From NCBI GenBank assembly GCA_051532035.1, contig JAOPTW010000047.1, forward strand, positions 1 through 64,000: a DNA stretch of 64,000 bases, read 5' to 3'. The notes beneath the pieces are model-generated. The model did no database searches and was not told the DNA's origin. It worked only from the letters and a program-made list of their open reading frames with translations. This stretch comes from Fibrobacterales bacterium (GTDB lineage Bacteria > Fibrobacterota > Fibrobacteria > Fibrobacterales > JAOPTW01). This document shows, piece after piece, positions 21,283 through 29,621 of this stretch (position 1 is its first letter; each line of letters begins with the position of its first letter). The position numbers and the translations under genes were made by a program.

Positions 21283-21303
21283 GTGCTCACAACTTGTGAG
21301 CAC
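21283..21303. promoter_or_regulatory. Perfect 21-bp palindrome
   Basis: GTGCTCACAA-C-TTGTGAGCAC in an intergenic region between convergent genes. Confidence 0.45.
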
Positions 21304-21520
21304 TCCATACTCATGTATAAAAGCCTTTGTAATTGTTGCTCTCAGATTATGCGTAACACCAAAAGGGGCAGGTCATTGGAAACACCATTAATTATTCCAA
21401 TACTCCTACAAAGATACAGCATCTCTCAACACCAGAAATGCACTAGAAAACAATGATTATGGCGCCCTTAAAAAGAGCTACCATACACTGATTATATGAT
21501 GGTGAAAAAGGTATATACCC

Positions 21521-21952
21521 TTATTGAGTTATTCCAAAAAATGCGCGTTTAAGAAGTTCACTCTGAGGGTTTCGAATATAAGCGGCATATATTCCAGGCT
21601 CTAATCCAGATACCGAATGTCGCACCACAACCCCTTTCATTTTATTGGGGAAGTATTGTGCGTAGATCTGTTTACCAGCCATAGTATAGATTATCAGTTC
21701 TACAGCTCCTGAATGTTGCTGTAAAAAATCGATCTCAACTTTTCCAGCCTCAGTCTCTGCAATAGTACCAACAATGAGAAGTGATTGAGCTCCCTGTTCA
21801 CGGTCAGTTGCTCCATCCGAGAAGAGTTGACCCAAATAAGGCATACTCTGTGTTGCAAATATATTAATTGTGAAAAACGCAGTACATGCCACTAATATAC
21901 CCCCAACAAGTACCCCAATACTTAGATGACTTTGTTGAATTGACTCGTTCAT
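21521..21952 (-). CDS. Small membrane-anchored protein consisting mainly of a T9SS-CTD-like / Ig-like domain
   Basis: Probable ATG at 21952; one TM segment; VELIIYTMAGKQI...VSGLEPGIYAAYIR resembles type-A sorting domains. Confidence 0.65.
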   Translation of the reverse strand: MNESIQQSHLSIGVLVGGILVACTAFFTINIFATQSMPYLGQLFSDGATDREQGAQSLLIVGTIAETEAGKVEIDFLQQHSGAVELIIYTMAGKQIYAQYFPNKMKGVVVRHSVSGLEPGIYAAYIRNPQSELLKRAFFGITQ

Positions 21953-22048
21953 ATCGCCCCCCAGCGCAAAATAGTCGTTTCGATCTACTGGATCCCTAAA
22001 CCCCATACACCGACACACTCAATATACGTACTCAAGACACTAAGGTCA

Positions 22049-22066
22049 CGTAAACTACAGTTTACA
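22049..22066. promoter_or_regulatory. TGTAAA-N6-TTTACA-like box (copy 3)
   Basis: CGTAAA-CTACAG-TTTACA about 97 bp upstream of 21952 (-). Confidence 0.55.
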
Positions 22067-22168
22067 TAAAGGATATAGCCCTTTATTTACAGGAGTTTAC
22101 AATAAAATACCAAAAAAAGTAAACCTCAGTCACTCAACACGTGTACTATATACACTATATGGCTTGAT

Positions 22169-22195
22169 AAAAAAAGAGGAGCATAAGCTCCTCTT
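22169..22195 (-). terminator. Intrinsic terminator of the lipoprotein GH3 gene
   Basis: AAGAGGAGC-ATAA-GCTCCTCTT preceded by an A-tract on + (U-tract on -). Confidence 0.8.
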
Positions 22196-22220
22196 ATAAA
22201 TTTAATCCCTGAATTAACTA

Positions 22221-24803
22221 TTAATAAGAGAGTCCATCATCTAACTCATATAATGGAACTTGATTATCACCTTTATTAATAGGTATTTGATCTACAGTTT
22301 TTGGCCACGTTTGTGGAAGTGTACCGGTTGGGTTATATTCACCAAAAAGTACATCAGCTACGCCACCGCCTTCCGAGCCTGGTAACCATGCCACCATGAA
22401 GGCCGAAGCTTGCTCTATTTGTTCAGTTACAACCAATGGTCTGCCAGTAACGAGAACCATAACAACAGGGACCCCTGCTTCAGCATATCTTTTCATAAGC
22501 ATAAGCTGATCACCTGGATCAATCTGACTACTATTATCATGGTCGAAATCAAATTTATTTAATACTAAATCGGCAGCAGCTCTATCACCCACTCCCTCAG
22601 CATAGGGTTGTTCGCCAACAAATATTACAGCAATATCAGCATCAGTTTGAAAGTTATCCCCTGTTTCATCAAATACTACCTCACTTGAATGCTCTTTCAT
22701 CCCATCAAGAATAGTTGTTGCACCAGCATAGTTTACATTGTCTGCTTTAGGCCCTTGCCACTCTAATGTCCAGCCACCAGATTGGAGAGCTGCATTATTT
22801 GCATGAGAACCACCCACAACTATTTTTTGACCAGATTTTGATAAAGGAAGTACATCTTCATTTTTAAGAAGCACCATTGATTCCCTCACTGCCTGGCGTG
22901 CTATTTCACGGTGCGTCACAGAACCAATAACTGAAGACGCATTCTCTTCTGCACGAGGGTCATTAAAAAGACCTACCTTCCATTTTACCCAAAGTTGTCG
23001 GAATAAGGCATCATCGATCCGCTCTTCCGACACCGCCCCCTCTTGAATTGCCTTAAGCACATCATCATAGAGTGCAGACCCACCATTTGAAGAGAACACG
23101 TCAAAAGGAGCCATTAACACATCAAGACCAGCATTAAGTCCTTTTACAACAGCATTGTAACGGTCTGCTTCAATAAGCCACATACCATTCCAATCCGAGA
23201 CAAGGACACCTTTAAATCCAAGTTCATCTTTAAGCACATCAGTCAGCCAATATTTACTTCCATGAAGTTTCTCACCCTGGATAGTGTTGTAAGCAGCCAT
23301 AATCGAAAGAGCACCCGCATCAATTGACGCTTTATAAGGGGGAAGGTGAATCGCTTTAACCACGTCAGGATCGAGAGCAACATCACCACGGTCAATTGGG
23401 TATTGAGTATCATCAGGAGCAACCCCTTTAGCCCACCCAGTAGTTCCACCATCTGCAACAAAATGTTTACACGTCGCTGCAATTTTACCTGATTTTTGCA
23501 TACCTCTTACATAAGCTGCCGCGAGAGGAGCGACAATTTCAGGAGTTTCACCAAAAGATTCATACATACGTCCCCAACGCTCATCACGTGAAACCGCAAC
23601 GGTTGGCGAGAGGTTCCAACGAATACCGGTCGCTGCAAGCTCAGTTGAGATTACTTCAGCAACACGCTCTACCAGTGCAGCATTACGCGTTGCACCCATG
23701 CCAATATTGTGAGGAAAAATTACCGCATTGGGCATATAATTATGGCCATGAACCGCGTCTGCAGAGTGCATTGGCGGGATACCACCATTATCAATAACAC
23801 CCTGTTGATAATTATTGTAATTAGTTATGAATGTTGAAACATTACGGTCATTATCAAGATAACTTCCTAAACCTTTTCCTACCCAATCACTTGCAGTCTC
23901 AGCTTTCCAACCTGCCATACAGATTTGAGCAGCCTTCTGTTCATCAGTCAGTTTTCCAATAAGGGTACGGATATCTTCTTCAGACTCTATTTTAATTTCT
24001 TTCAATACAGACGGGCAACTTAATAGCGGCTCACCATCAAGTACAACAAGACTAATATCAGCAACAGTTAACGCTTCATCACCAGCAGTAATAGAGAGAT
24101 TATCCGTTTCACTTCCATTGACTTCACCTTCTTCAAACGGAAATTTAACAAACAGACGCTGCCACTCTACTGTTACATCAAGAGCAGTCGTTGCACTCTT
24201 TGAACCTGCATGAATTGTGATTTCTACATTTTCTGAAGCGCCACCTTTTATCCAGAGGCGGATACCACTCAATCGACATATAGGGCGGTTGCCTTCATCA
24301 TTAAGTTTAAACTCAAGGGTCTTGCCACCATCAACCGAGACTCCCTCGGTAATTTCTTCTGTAGGCAATGCATCGGTAACAGTTTCTGATGCCCCTTTAA
24401 TTGCATCACTTGTTTTTGAAATAGGAACTCCCGCTTTATTGAGCACAGAGTACTCTTCAAGAGCTGCTACTTCGCTGAAAGGAGTTGTATCATCAGAACT
24501 CGACATAATCTCAGCTGAGCTTTCATCAACTGATAAATTATCATCATCACTTGATCCACTCTCATTCGATGATTCATTAGAAGAATCACCGGTATCACTA
24601 GAATTAGCACTTTCACTAGAACCATCTACCGCGCCTGAGCTCGACTCTCCAGCAGAAATATTGGATTCACTTGAAGTCCCCTCTTCAGAAGATTCAGTCG
24701 CACTACTCTCCTCAGTATTTGTAGGGTTCTCTTTGGAGCAAGCCCCCAAAAAAAGCATTATTATTAAAAGTGGCAGAATATGCCGTACGTTTAAACGTTT
24801 CAT
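22221..24803 (-). CDS. Lipoprotein GH3 beta-glucosidase with Ser-rich linker and CBM-like domain
   Basis: Lipobox LGAC; Ser/Glu-rich linker; DAVHGH, RDERWGR, CKHF, VSDWNG nucleophile, AWLPGSEG; GAGGAG RBS. Confidence 0.93.
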   Translation of the reverse strand: MKRLNVRHILPLLIIMLFLGACSKENPTNTEESSATESSEEGTSSESNISAGESSSGAVDGSSESANSSDTGDSSNESSNESGSSDDDNLSVDESSAEIMSSSDDTTPFSEVAALEEYSVLNKAGVPISKTSDAIKGASETVTDALPTEEITEGVSVDGGKTLEFKLNDEGNRPICRLSGIRLWIKGGASENVEITIHAGSKSATTALDVTVEWQRLFVKFPFEEGEVNGSETDNLSITAGDEALTVADISLVVLDGEPLLSCPSVLKEIKIESEEDIRTLIGKLTDEQKAAQICMAGWKAETASDWVGKGLGSYLDNDRNVSTFITNYNNYQQGVIDNGGIPPMHSADAVHGHNYMPNAVIFPHNIGMGATRNAALVERVAEVISTELAATGIRWNLSPTVAVSRDERWGRMYESFGETPEIVAPLAAAYVRGMQKSGKIAATCKHFVADGGTTGWAKGVAPDDTQYPIDRGDVALDPDVVKAIHLPPYKASIDAGALSIMAAYNTIQGEKLHGSKYWLTDVLKDELGFKGVLVSDWNGMWLIEADRYNAVVKGLNAGLDVLMAPFDVFSSNGGSALYDDVLKAIQEGAVSEERIDDALFRQLWVKWKVGLFNDPRAEENASSVIGSVTHREIARQAVRESMVLLKNEDVLPLSKSGQKIVVGGSHANNAALQSGGWTLEWQGPKADNVNYAGATTILDGMKEHSSEVVFDETGDNFQTDADIAVIFVGEQPYAEGVGDRAAADLVLNKFDFDHDNSSQIDPGDQLMLMKRYAEAGVPVVMVLVTGRPLVVTEQIEQASAFMVAWLPGSEGGGVADVLFGEYNPTGTLPQTWPKTVDQIPINKGDNQVPLYELDDGLSY

Positions 24804-24968
24804 TGTAATCTCCTCGTTATTGTAAGCCTGCCTGAGGGTGTGACTCTCTATAGCAGATGACCGTGTTCAGTAAGGAGTTTTTCTCTGATGTAGTCCCCAA
24901 ACCACTCATTCCCCCCACACTGATGCTGTGTAGCCCATATAATGTATAATTAGTCACATGAATAACAA

Positions 24969-24986
24969 TGTAAAGTCAACTTTACA
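24969..24986. promoter_or_regulatory. TGTAAA-N6-TTTACA box (copy 4, perfect consensus)
   Basis: TGTAAA-GTCAAC-TTTACA between the divergent GH3 and ankyrin genes. Confidence 0.65.
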
Positions 24987-25241
24987 CACTCTTCCTCATG
25001 GACACCTCTGTCCCCAAGCTTACAATTGGTAATATTGATTGCTGTGTACTATGGAATATACCTATTTACATCATTTATTGGATAGACTTCCTCCATATCA
25101 CCTTCCTAAAAGAGACATAATGCATCATTTTTGAATAAATAACCCTTCAAGATTTTGATATCTACTTTTCCCACTGTTTGGAAAGCCATATTGAACTATA
25201 TTTTGTCTACTTATTTAACCCAATCAACCAGAAGTGGCCCT

Positions 25242-26093
25242 ATGAGAAAATTGCTTACCTCTCCTATCGCACTCCTTTTCATTGTACTTATCGGCTTTGG
25301 TATATTTTACTTTGGCATAAGTTACTTTGCAGTCCAGCACTCATCGCATATGAGTCCTGACGGCAACTACACCATTGAGATCTACCAATACCCAGTTGTT
25401 GGTGCTTTTTTTGGTAATATCAATGATGGGCCAGGATACCTTATTTTTAAGGACAACTCTACAAACAGTAATGAAAGAAGGCCCATAGGGCTCATTTCCA
25501 TTACAGACTCTGTTGTTTGGAGCTTCGACTCGGTCAACCTGGGAATGGATTTATCCTTCCCCCTCAACGACACCTATCCTATTCAGCCGGGTCATCTTGA
25601 ATCATATTCTAAACAGTACTTAGAGCCCGCCCTCGAAAGCGGCAATGTTGATCGTGTTATAAAGGTTTTGAAAAAAGGATGTAACATTCAGGGGTACGGA
25701 CCTTTTGCTCATGCAGTCTCTAAAAAAGACACCGCAATGCTCAACCTCCTTCTAGAACAACCAGGCTACTTGGATTTATTAAACTCTCTCCCTCAAAACG
25801 CACTCAACGACACAACAGTACTGGGTGATGTTTCTTTAGTTGAATTTCTGATTGAAAAAGGGCTCAATACCAATTTCAAAAAACGCGGTGGTGAATCCCC
25901 ACTTATTGCAGCTATGCTTGGTCACCACAGTAAAACCATTATTATGTTTCTCAAGCGTAAGCTCAACAGCAGCTGCTATACGGGAAGATCACGTGCACTC
26001 TTTGAAGAAACTGAGAAATGGTACCAACGCCTTATACAACGTATGCTCAAACGAAATGACATTCGCTGTTGGGCTTTTGAAAAGAAAACCTAA
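25242..26093 (+). CDS. Membrane-anchored ankyrin-repeat protein
   Basis: Probable ATG at 25242; N-terminal TM; ankyrin-like segments GDVSLVEFLIEKG and GESPLIAAMLGHH. Confidence 0.7.
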   Translation: MRKLLTSPIALLFIVLIGFGIFYFGISYFAVQHSSHMSPDGNYTIEIYQYPVVGAFFGNINDGPGYLIFKDNSTNSNERRPIGLISITDSVVWSFDSVNLGMDLSFPLNDTYPIQPGHLESYSKQYLEPALESGNVDRVIKVLKKGCNIQGYGPFAHAVSKKDTAMLNLLLEQPGYLDLLNSLPQNALNDTTVLGDVSLVEFLIEKGLNTNFKKRGGESPLIAAMLGHHSKTIIMFLKRKLNSSCYTGRSRALFEETEKWYQRLIQRMLKRNDIRCWAFEKKT

Positions 26094-26114
26094 GAGTCAT
26101 AGTAAAAAAATCAC

Positions 26115-26155
26115 AAAAAAGGCATCACCTAATATCTATAGGTGATGCCTTTTTT
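26115..26155. terminator. Bidirectional intrinsic terminator
   Basis: AAAAAAGGCATCACCTA...TAGGTGATGCCTTTTTT between convergent genes. Confidence 0.9.
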
Positions 26156-26205
26156 GTACTTACAATTAATTCCGTGGGCTTTATATACCCACTACCAAGA
26201 GTACA

Positions 26206-27819
26206 TTACTGTACACACTCAAGAATATTGCAGAAGTTCCCATTAATCGTTGCCGCACCATACCATGCGAGGAATTGATCAAAATAAAGTTCATTATGGG
26301 CCTGATCTTCATCGCGCCCAGAGTCATCAACAGTTTTACCCCATGTATCAGACCCGTCTTCATAAAACTCAGTGAGCTCGCGACTAAATGCTTCTGTAGC
26401 CACCATATCGCCTGTACCATACGCTGCAGTTGCCCACATCCCTATTGTCAAGTGACTATGCTCTCTTCTCCACCGTGAGAAACCTTGGTGTTCCCATCTG
26501 TCCCCTTCCGGTACCAATGAACCATCCATTTGGAAAAAATCAGAGGCATCTGCAGGATAATTTACATCCCCTTGATCGCCTTTTGTTTTAATAAATGCCA
26601 TAGCATTATTAAGAAAGTTAATTGCCCGTTCTTCTCCAAACCATATGGCGTCATTTGCCACACGCCAATAAATCCTAATAGCATCCTTAAACATTGCCTG
26701 GCCATTTAAATATGCATTATACCCCGGACCACTTGGCAGAGTATTACCCCAGGCGTCTGTCCAATCAGGAAGTAACCCTTTGGCGTACCCTGGATTAGAT
26801 TCAATAATATCATAACATCTATTTGCCACTGCATACCAGTGATTATCACCTGTAGTCTGAGCAAAAATACGATAAAATGCAGGGGTACAATACCCAGGAT
26901 TCAGGGCCGAGGGCCCACCAAACTCATTACCAGGTTTAAGGACATCGCCATCGAGAAAGTTATGACGCAGTGACCCAATAATTTCATGAGCATCCTGAAG
27001 ATATGCTTTTCCTGGTGTCTCTTGCCAGACACCTTTCTTTACCAAATGATCTGCAAATACAAGCATAAGAGCGATATCTTGATCTGCATCAGTTGCTCCA
27101 TTTGAACCGGCAACATTTCCATCTTGCCACAAGCGCCAATTAAACGCTACGCCATTCCACATTTTAATACGTGCGGCTTCATATATTTTGTTAAAATACT
27201 CTTGGTCGTTGCTATACAACGCCATGATCATCCCGTATCCCTGACCCTCAGATACCGCATCTCCAGGTGTTTCTGACTTGGGCCTGTGAAGAAGCCCAAA
27301 AGGGTATGGATCAACATTTCTTTTTTTCATCCCTTCCCACGTTTTATTAAGAATAGGAGTCCAATCCTTTTCTACACGGACATCTGGTATAGTCTGAGCG
27401 ATAGGATAAGCAATAGACTCTACTTTTTCTGATGATGAAATTGCTACAGAAGATGAAACCTCTTCTACAGAACTCTCAACCGTTGATATATTAGAAGATT
27501 CAATACCTGTAGTAGAGCTCCCATTCTGCTCTGATTCAGAAGAAGAAAGTCCGCTTTCAAAAGAGTTATTACTTTGATTCGTTGAAGAATATCTCTCAGA
27601 ACTTTCACCACCAAGAGGAGGGCCTAATAAGGTATCACTCTCGTAACTATCCATTTGATAGCTCGACAGGTTACTACTCTGGCCGTTACCCAATTCATCT
27701 TCTAATCCTGTTGGGTCACTAGAGCACCCCATTATTGCCGATACAACCAGAAGGAAAGACAATCCCTCTATTGCGACACCTTTTGTAATTCTCGCTCTCA
27801 TTACGCTATATTTTTTCAT
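26206..27819 (-). CDS. Lipoprotein GH8 glycoside hydrolase with Ser-rich linker
   Basis: Lipobox IMGC; VSEGQGYGM (catalytic Glu), ATDADQDIA, LLPDW, DAIRIYWR. Confidence 0.92.
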   Translation of the reverse strand: MKKYSVMRARITKGVAIEGLSFLLVVSAIMGCSSDPTGLEDELGNGQSSNLSSYQMDSYESDTLLGPPLGGESSERYSSTNQSNNSFESGLSSSESEQNGSSTTGIESSNISTVESSVEEVSSSVAISSSEKVESIAYPIAQTIPDVRVEKDWTPILNKTWEGMKKRNVDPYPFGLLHRPKSETPGDAVSEGQGYGMIMALYSNDQEYFNKIYEAARIKMWNGVAFNWRLWQDGNVAGSNGATDADQDIALMLVFADHLVKKGVWQETPGKAYLQDAHEIIGSLRHNFLDGDVLKPGNEFGGPSALNPGYCTPAFYRIFAQTTGDNHWYAVANRCYDIIESNPGYAKGLLPDWTDAWGNTLPSGPGYNAYLNGQAMFKDAIRIYWRVANDAIWFGEERAINFLNNAMAFIKTKGDQGDVNYPADASDFFQMDGSLVPEGDRWEHQGFSRWRREHSHLTIGMWATAAYGTGDMVATEAFSRELTEFYEDGSDTWGKTVDDSGRDEDQAHNELYFDQFLAWYGAATINGNFCNILECVQ

Positions 27820-28003
27820 TATTGTCCCAGTTTTTTCACTACATCAGTAGTGTCAGTTATTTGTCTGCCCAGATTTATTAATATGTAGTCAACTCTAAAC
27901 TATACTCAACACCCCCAATAAGTATGTAAATTTTACATTTACTTGAAACCCTTGTTAATAAAAATTGCCACTGATTGATCTCGACACAAAGAATGAGGTA
28001 TTT

Positions 28004-28441
28004 TTAATGAATATGAGTTTTAAACGCCACTTTACTGAGCTGAAAAAACTCATTGAGCCGTTCTCTCTGTTTCAAATTCAGGGGATCTATAGTAAAAAGC
28101 TTCACAGTATGATCATACATTACAATACGTAAGGTATTATGATGTCTTCTCCCCGCAATCACACTCACTTCTTTCACATTTTGAGGCTCTAACTTAATAG
28201 GTCTCAGGAATGGAATTTCAGTTTGAATCACTATTTTTTGGTCTTTAAATATCACTGTATGTAGAGATGACAAAAACGACCACAACAGTGGCGTCCCCAA
28301 AGCAACAATCAAAATACTAATGCCAATAGAAGATATGATAAACTCCATTTTCCACCGGTAAATGATAAAAGTACCTAAAAGAATTAAAGCATAGACAAGA
28401 ATAGATCGAACACTTTTTAAGCTATATAACGAAACAACCAT
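28004..28441 (-). CDS. Hypothetical protein with two TM helices
   Basis: AGGAG RBS; two hydrophobic segments followed by a soluble domain. Confidence 0.65.
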   Translation of the reverse strand: MVVSLYSLKSVRSILVYALILLGTFIIYRWKMEFIISSIGISILIVALGTPLLWSFLSSLHTVIFKDQKIVIQTEIPFLRPIKLEPQNVKEVSVIAGRRHHNTLRIVMYDHTVKLFTIDPLNLKQRERLNEFFQLSKVAFKTHIH

Positions 28442-28650
28442 ATTTACTCCTTCGTAAAAAGAGGCTTCAAAATGCCTATGAAATTAAAAGCTCCTCATAG
28501 TTTACCATTTTGCGTTCTCAAACGCCACTAAAGAGCAACCCACCACACTACGCTTACTAAAAAAGCTAAACTTATCGACGATTGAACACTAAGTCAATAC
28601 GCAAAAAATCCATTCATATAACAGAAATAGTGTAAAAGCCGTTAATATTC

Positions 28651-28668
28651 GGTAAAAACTTGTTTACT
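28651..28668. promoter_or_regulatory. TGTAAA-N6-TTTACA-like box (copy 5)
   Basis: GGTAAA-AACTTG-TTTACT in the divergent intergenic region 28442-28736. Confidence 0.45.
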
Positions 28669-28736
28669 ATCCAAACCCAAACAGGTTTCACTTGCTACGT
28701 TTACTTTTGAAGACTTCAACTCGTGGGGGCGAGACT

Positions 28737-29573
28737 ATGACTCCTTCTTTTATTTTTACACAATCAATTATTCTCATTCTCATTTTAACTTCTTATTCAC
28801 ATGCACTATTCATAAAAAGTACTGCACACATTAAAGATGTCTCATCAGGAAAGGTTTTTGCAGAACTCTATGACAGCACCTACATTACCCAAGGGATTAG
28901 TGTTCGTAAAAAACAACCATACATTGAGACAAAAGCAAACCTATTAGAAAACAATATTGACCAAGACTTTTTGTTCTGCAATGAAGGTGATGTCACGACA
29001 TGCCATTATCAACTTCTTGATACCATTGCCTTAATGAGTATAGAAGGTGATACCATCGGAAAAATATGGAATCCCTTTGGCGCCAAACGCCACTTCCCTT
29101 CAATCATGGATTTAAGAGATGATGGTCTCGGCCTTCAAGTGAATATTAAAGGTGTGATTAATTCGAGTAAGGTGTATGATCTCAAACCTTGGAACAGTGT
29201 AATAGAATCCGTTGCCGCTGACAGCTTGTTTAATCAAACCTACTACACGATATCTGGTAAAATGAAGAAAATAAAAACCGAATTTAAAGATGAGTTTTTC
29301 GAAGACTTTCAGTCAGTCTCAACCTATGACCGCTCTCTACCTACACCAAAACCCACAATTCAATATTTTTTTGACACAGATACTCTCAAAGCAATCTGGA
29401 TTGACAGTGAGCTCCAATCCAACAACAAAGTAAAGTTTCAGAATAAATGGCTCTACTTTGATCCATCAATTCAAAGTAAAGTAAATAGTGTCAAAGAGAT
29501 GATCTGTGGATCAATGATTAAAAAAAGTGGAAACATATTTCAATTTAATCAAGCTTTGGATAGGTGTAAGTAA
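28737..29573 (+). CDS. Hypothetical secreted protein
   Basis: Probable ATG at 28737 after GGGGG; signal peptide ending SHA. Confidence 0.65.
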   Translation: MTPSFIFTQSIILILILTSYSHALFIKSTAHIKDVSSGKVFAELYDSTYITQGISVRKKQPYIETKANLLENNIDQDFLFCNEGDVTTCHYQLLDTIALMSIEGDTIGKIWNPFGAKRHFPSIMDLRDDGLGLQVNIKGVINSSKVYDLKPWNSVIESVAADSLFNQTYYTISGKMKKIKTEFKDEFFEDFQSVSTYDRSLPTPKPTIQYFFDTDTLKAIWIDSELQSNNKVKFQNKWLYFDPSIQSKVNSVKEMICGSMIKKSGNIFQFNQALDRCK

Positions 29574-29582
29574 AAGGCACTC

Positions 29583-29621
29583 GAATTAAGTAACCATAAG
29601 GCCCTTATGGTTACTTAATTC
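29583..29621. repeat. Perfect 18-bp inverted repeat with a 3-nt loop
   Basis: GAATTAAGTAACCATAAG-GCC-CTTATGGTTACTTAATTC, overlapping the stop codon of 29611-30813. Confidence 0.85.

Noticed and set aside
21283..21303. lac operator / vector contamination
   Set aside because: It contains TTGTGAGC half-sites but in the opposite arrangement to lacO, and there is no other vector sequence nearby.
24217..24825. 202-aa antisense ORF (likewise 16831-17280, 3985-4362, 44728-45123 and similar)
   Set aside because: These are shadow frames opposite well-supported genes, often over Ser-rich or low-complexity codons, and have no recognisable motifs.
24804..24960. Riboswitch in the long GH3 leader
   Set aside because: I could not match a known aptamer consensus or find a terminator/antiterminator pair; an Rfam scan would be needed.
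20626..29621. Small orphan ORFs plus hairpins as an integron cassette array
   Set aside because: The ORFs are in mixed orientation, the hairpins do not share sequence, the TAAC...GTTA hairpin at 29583 is too short for an attC site, and there is no intI.
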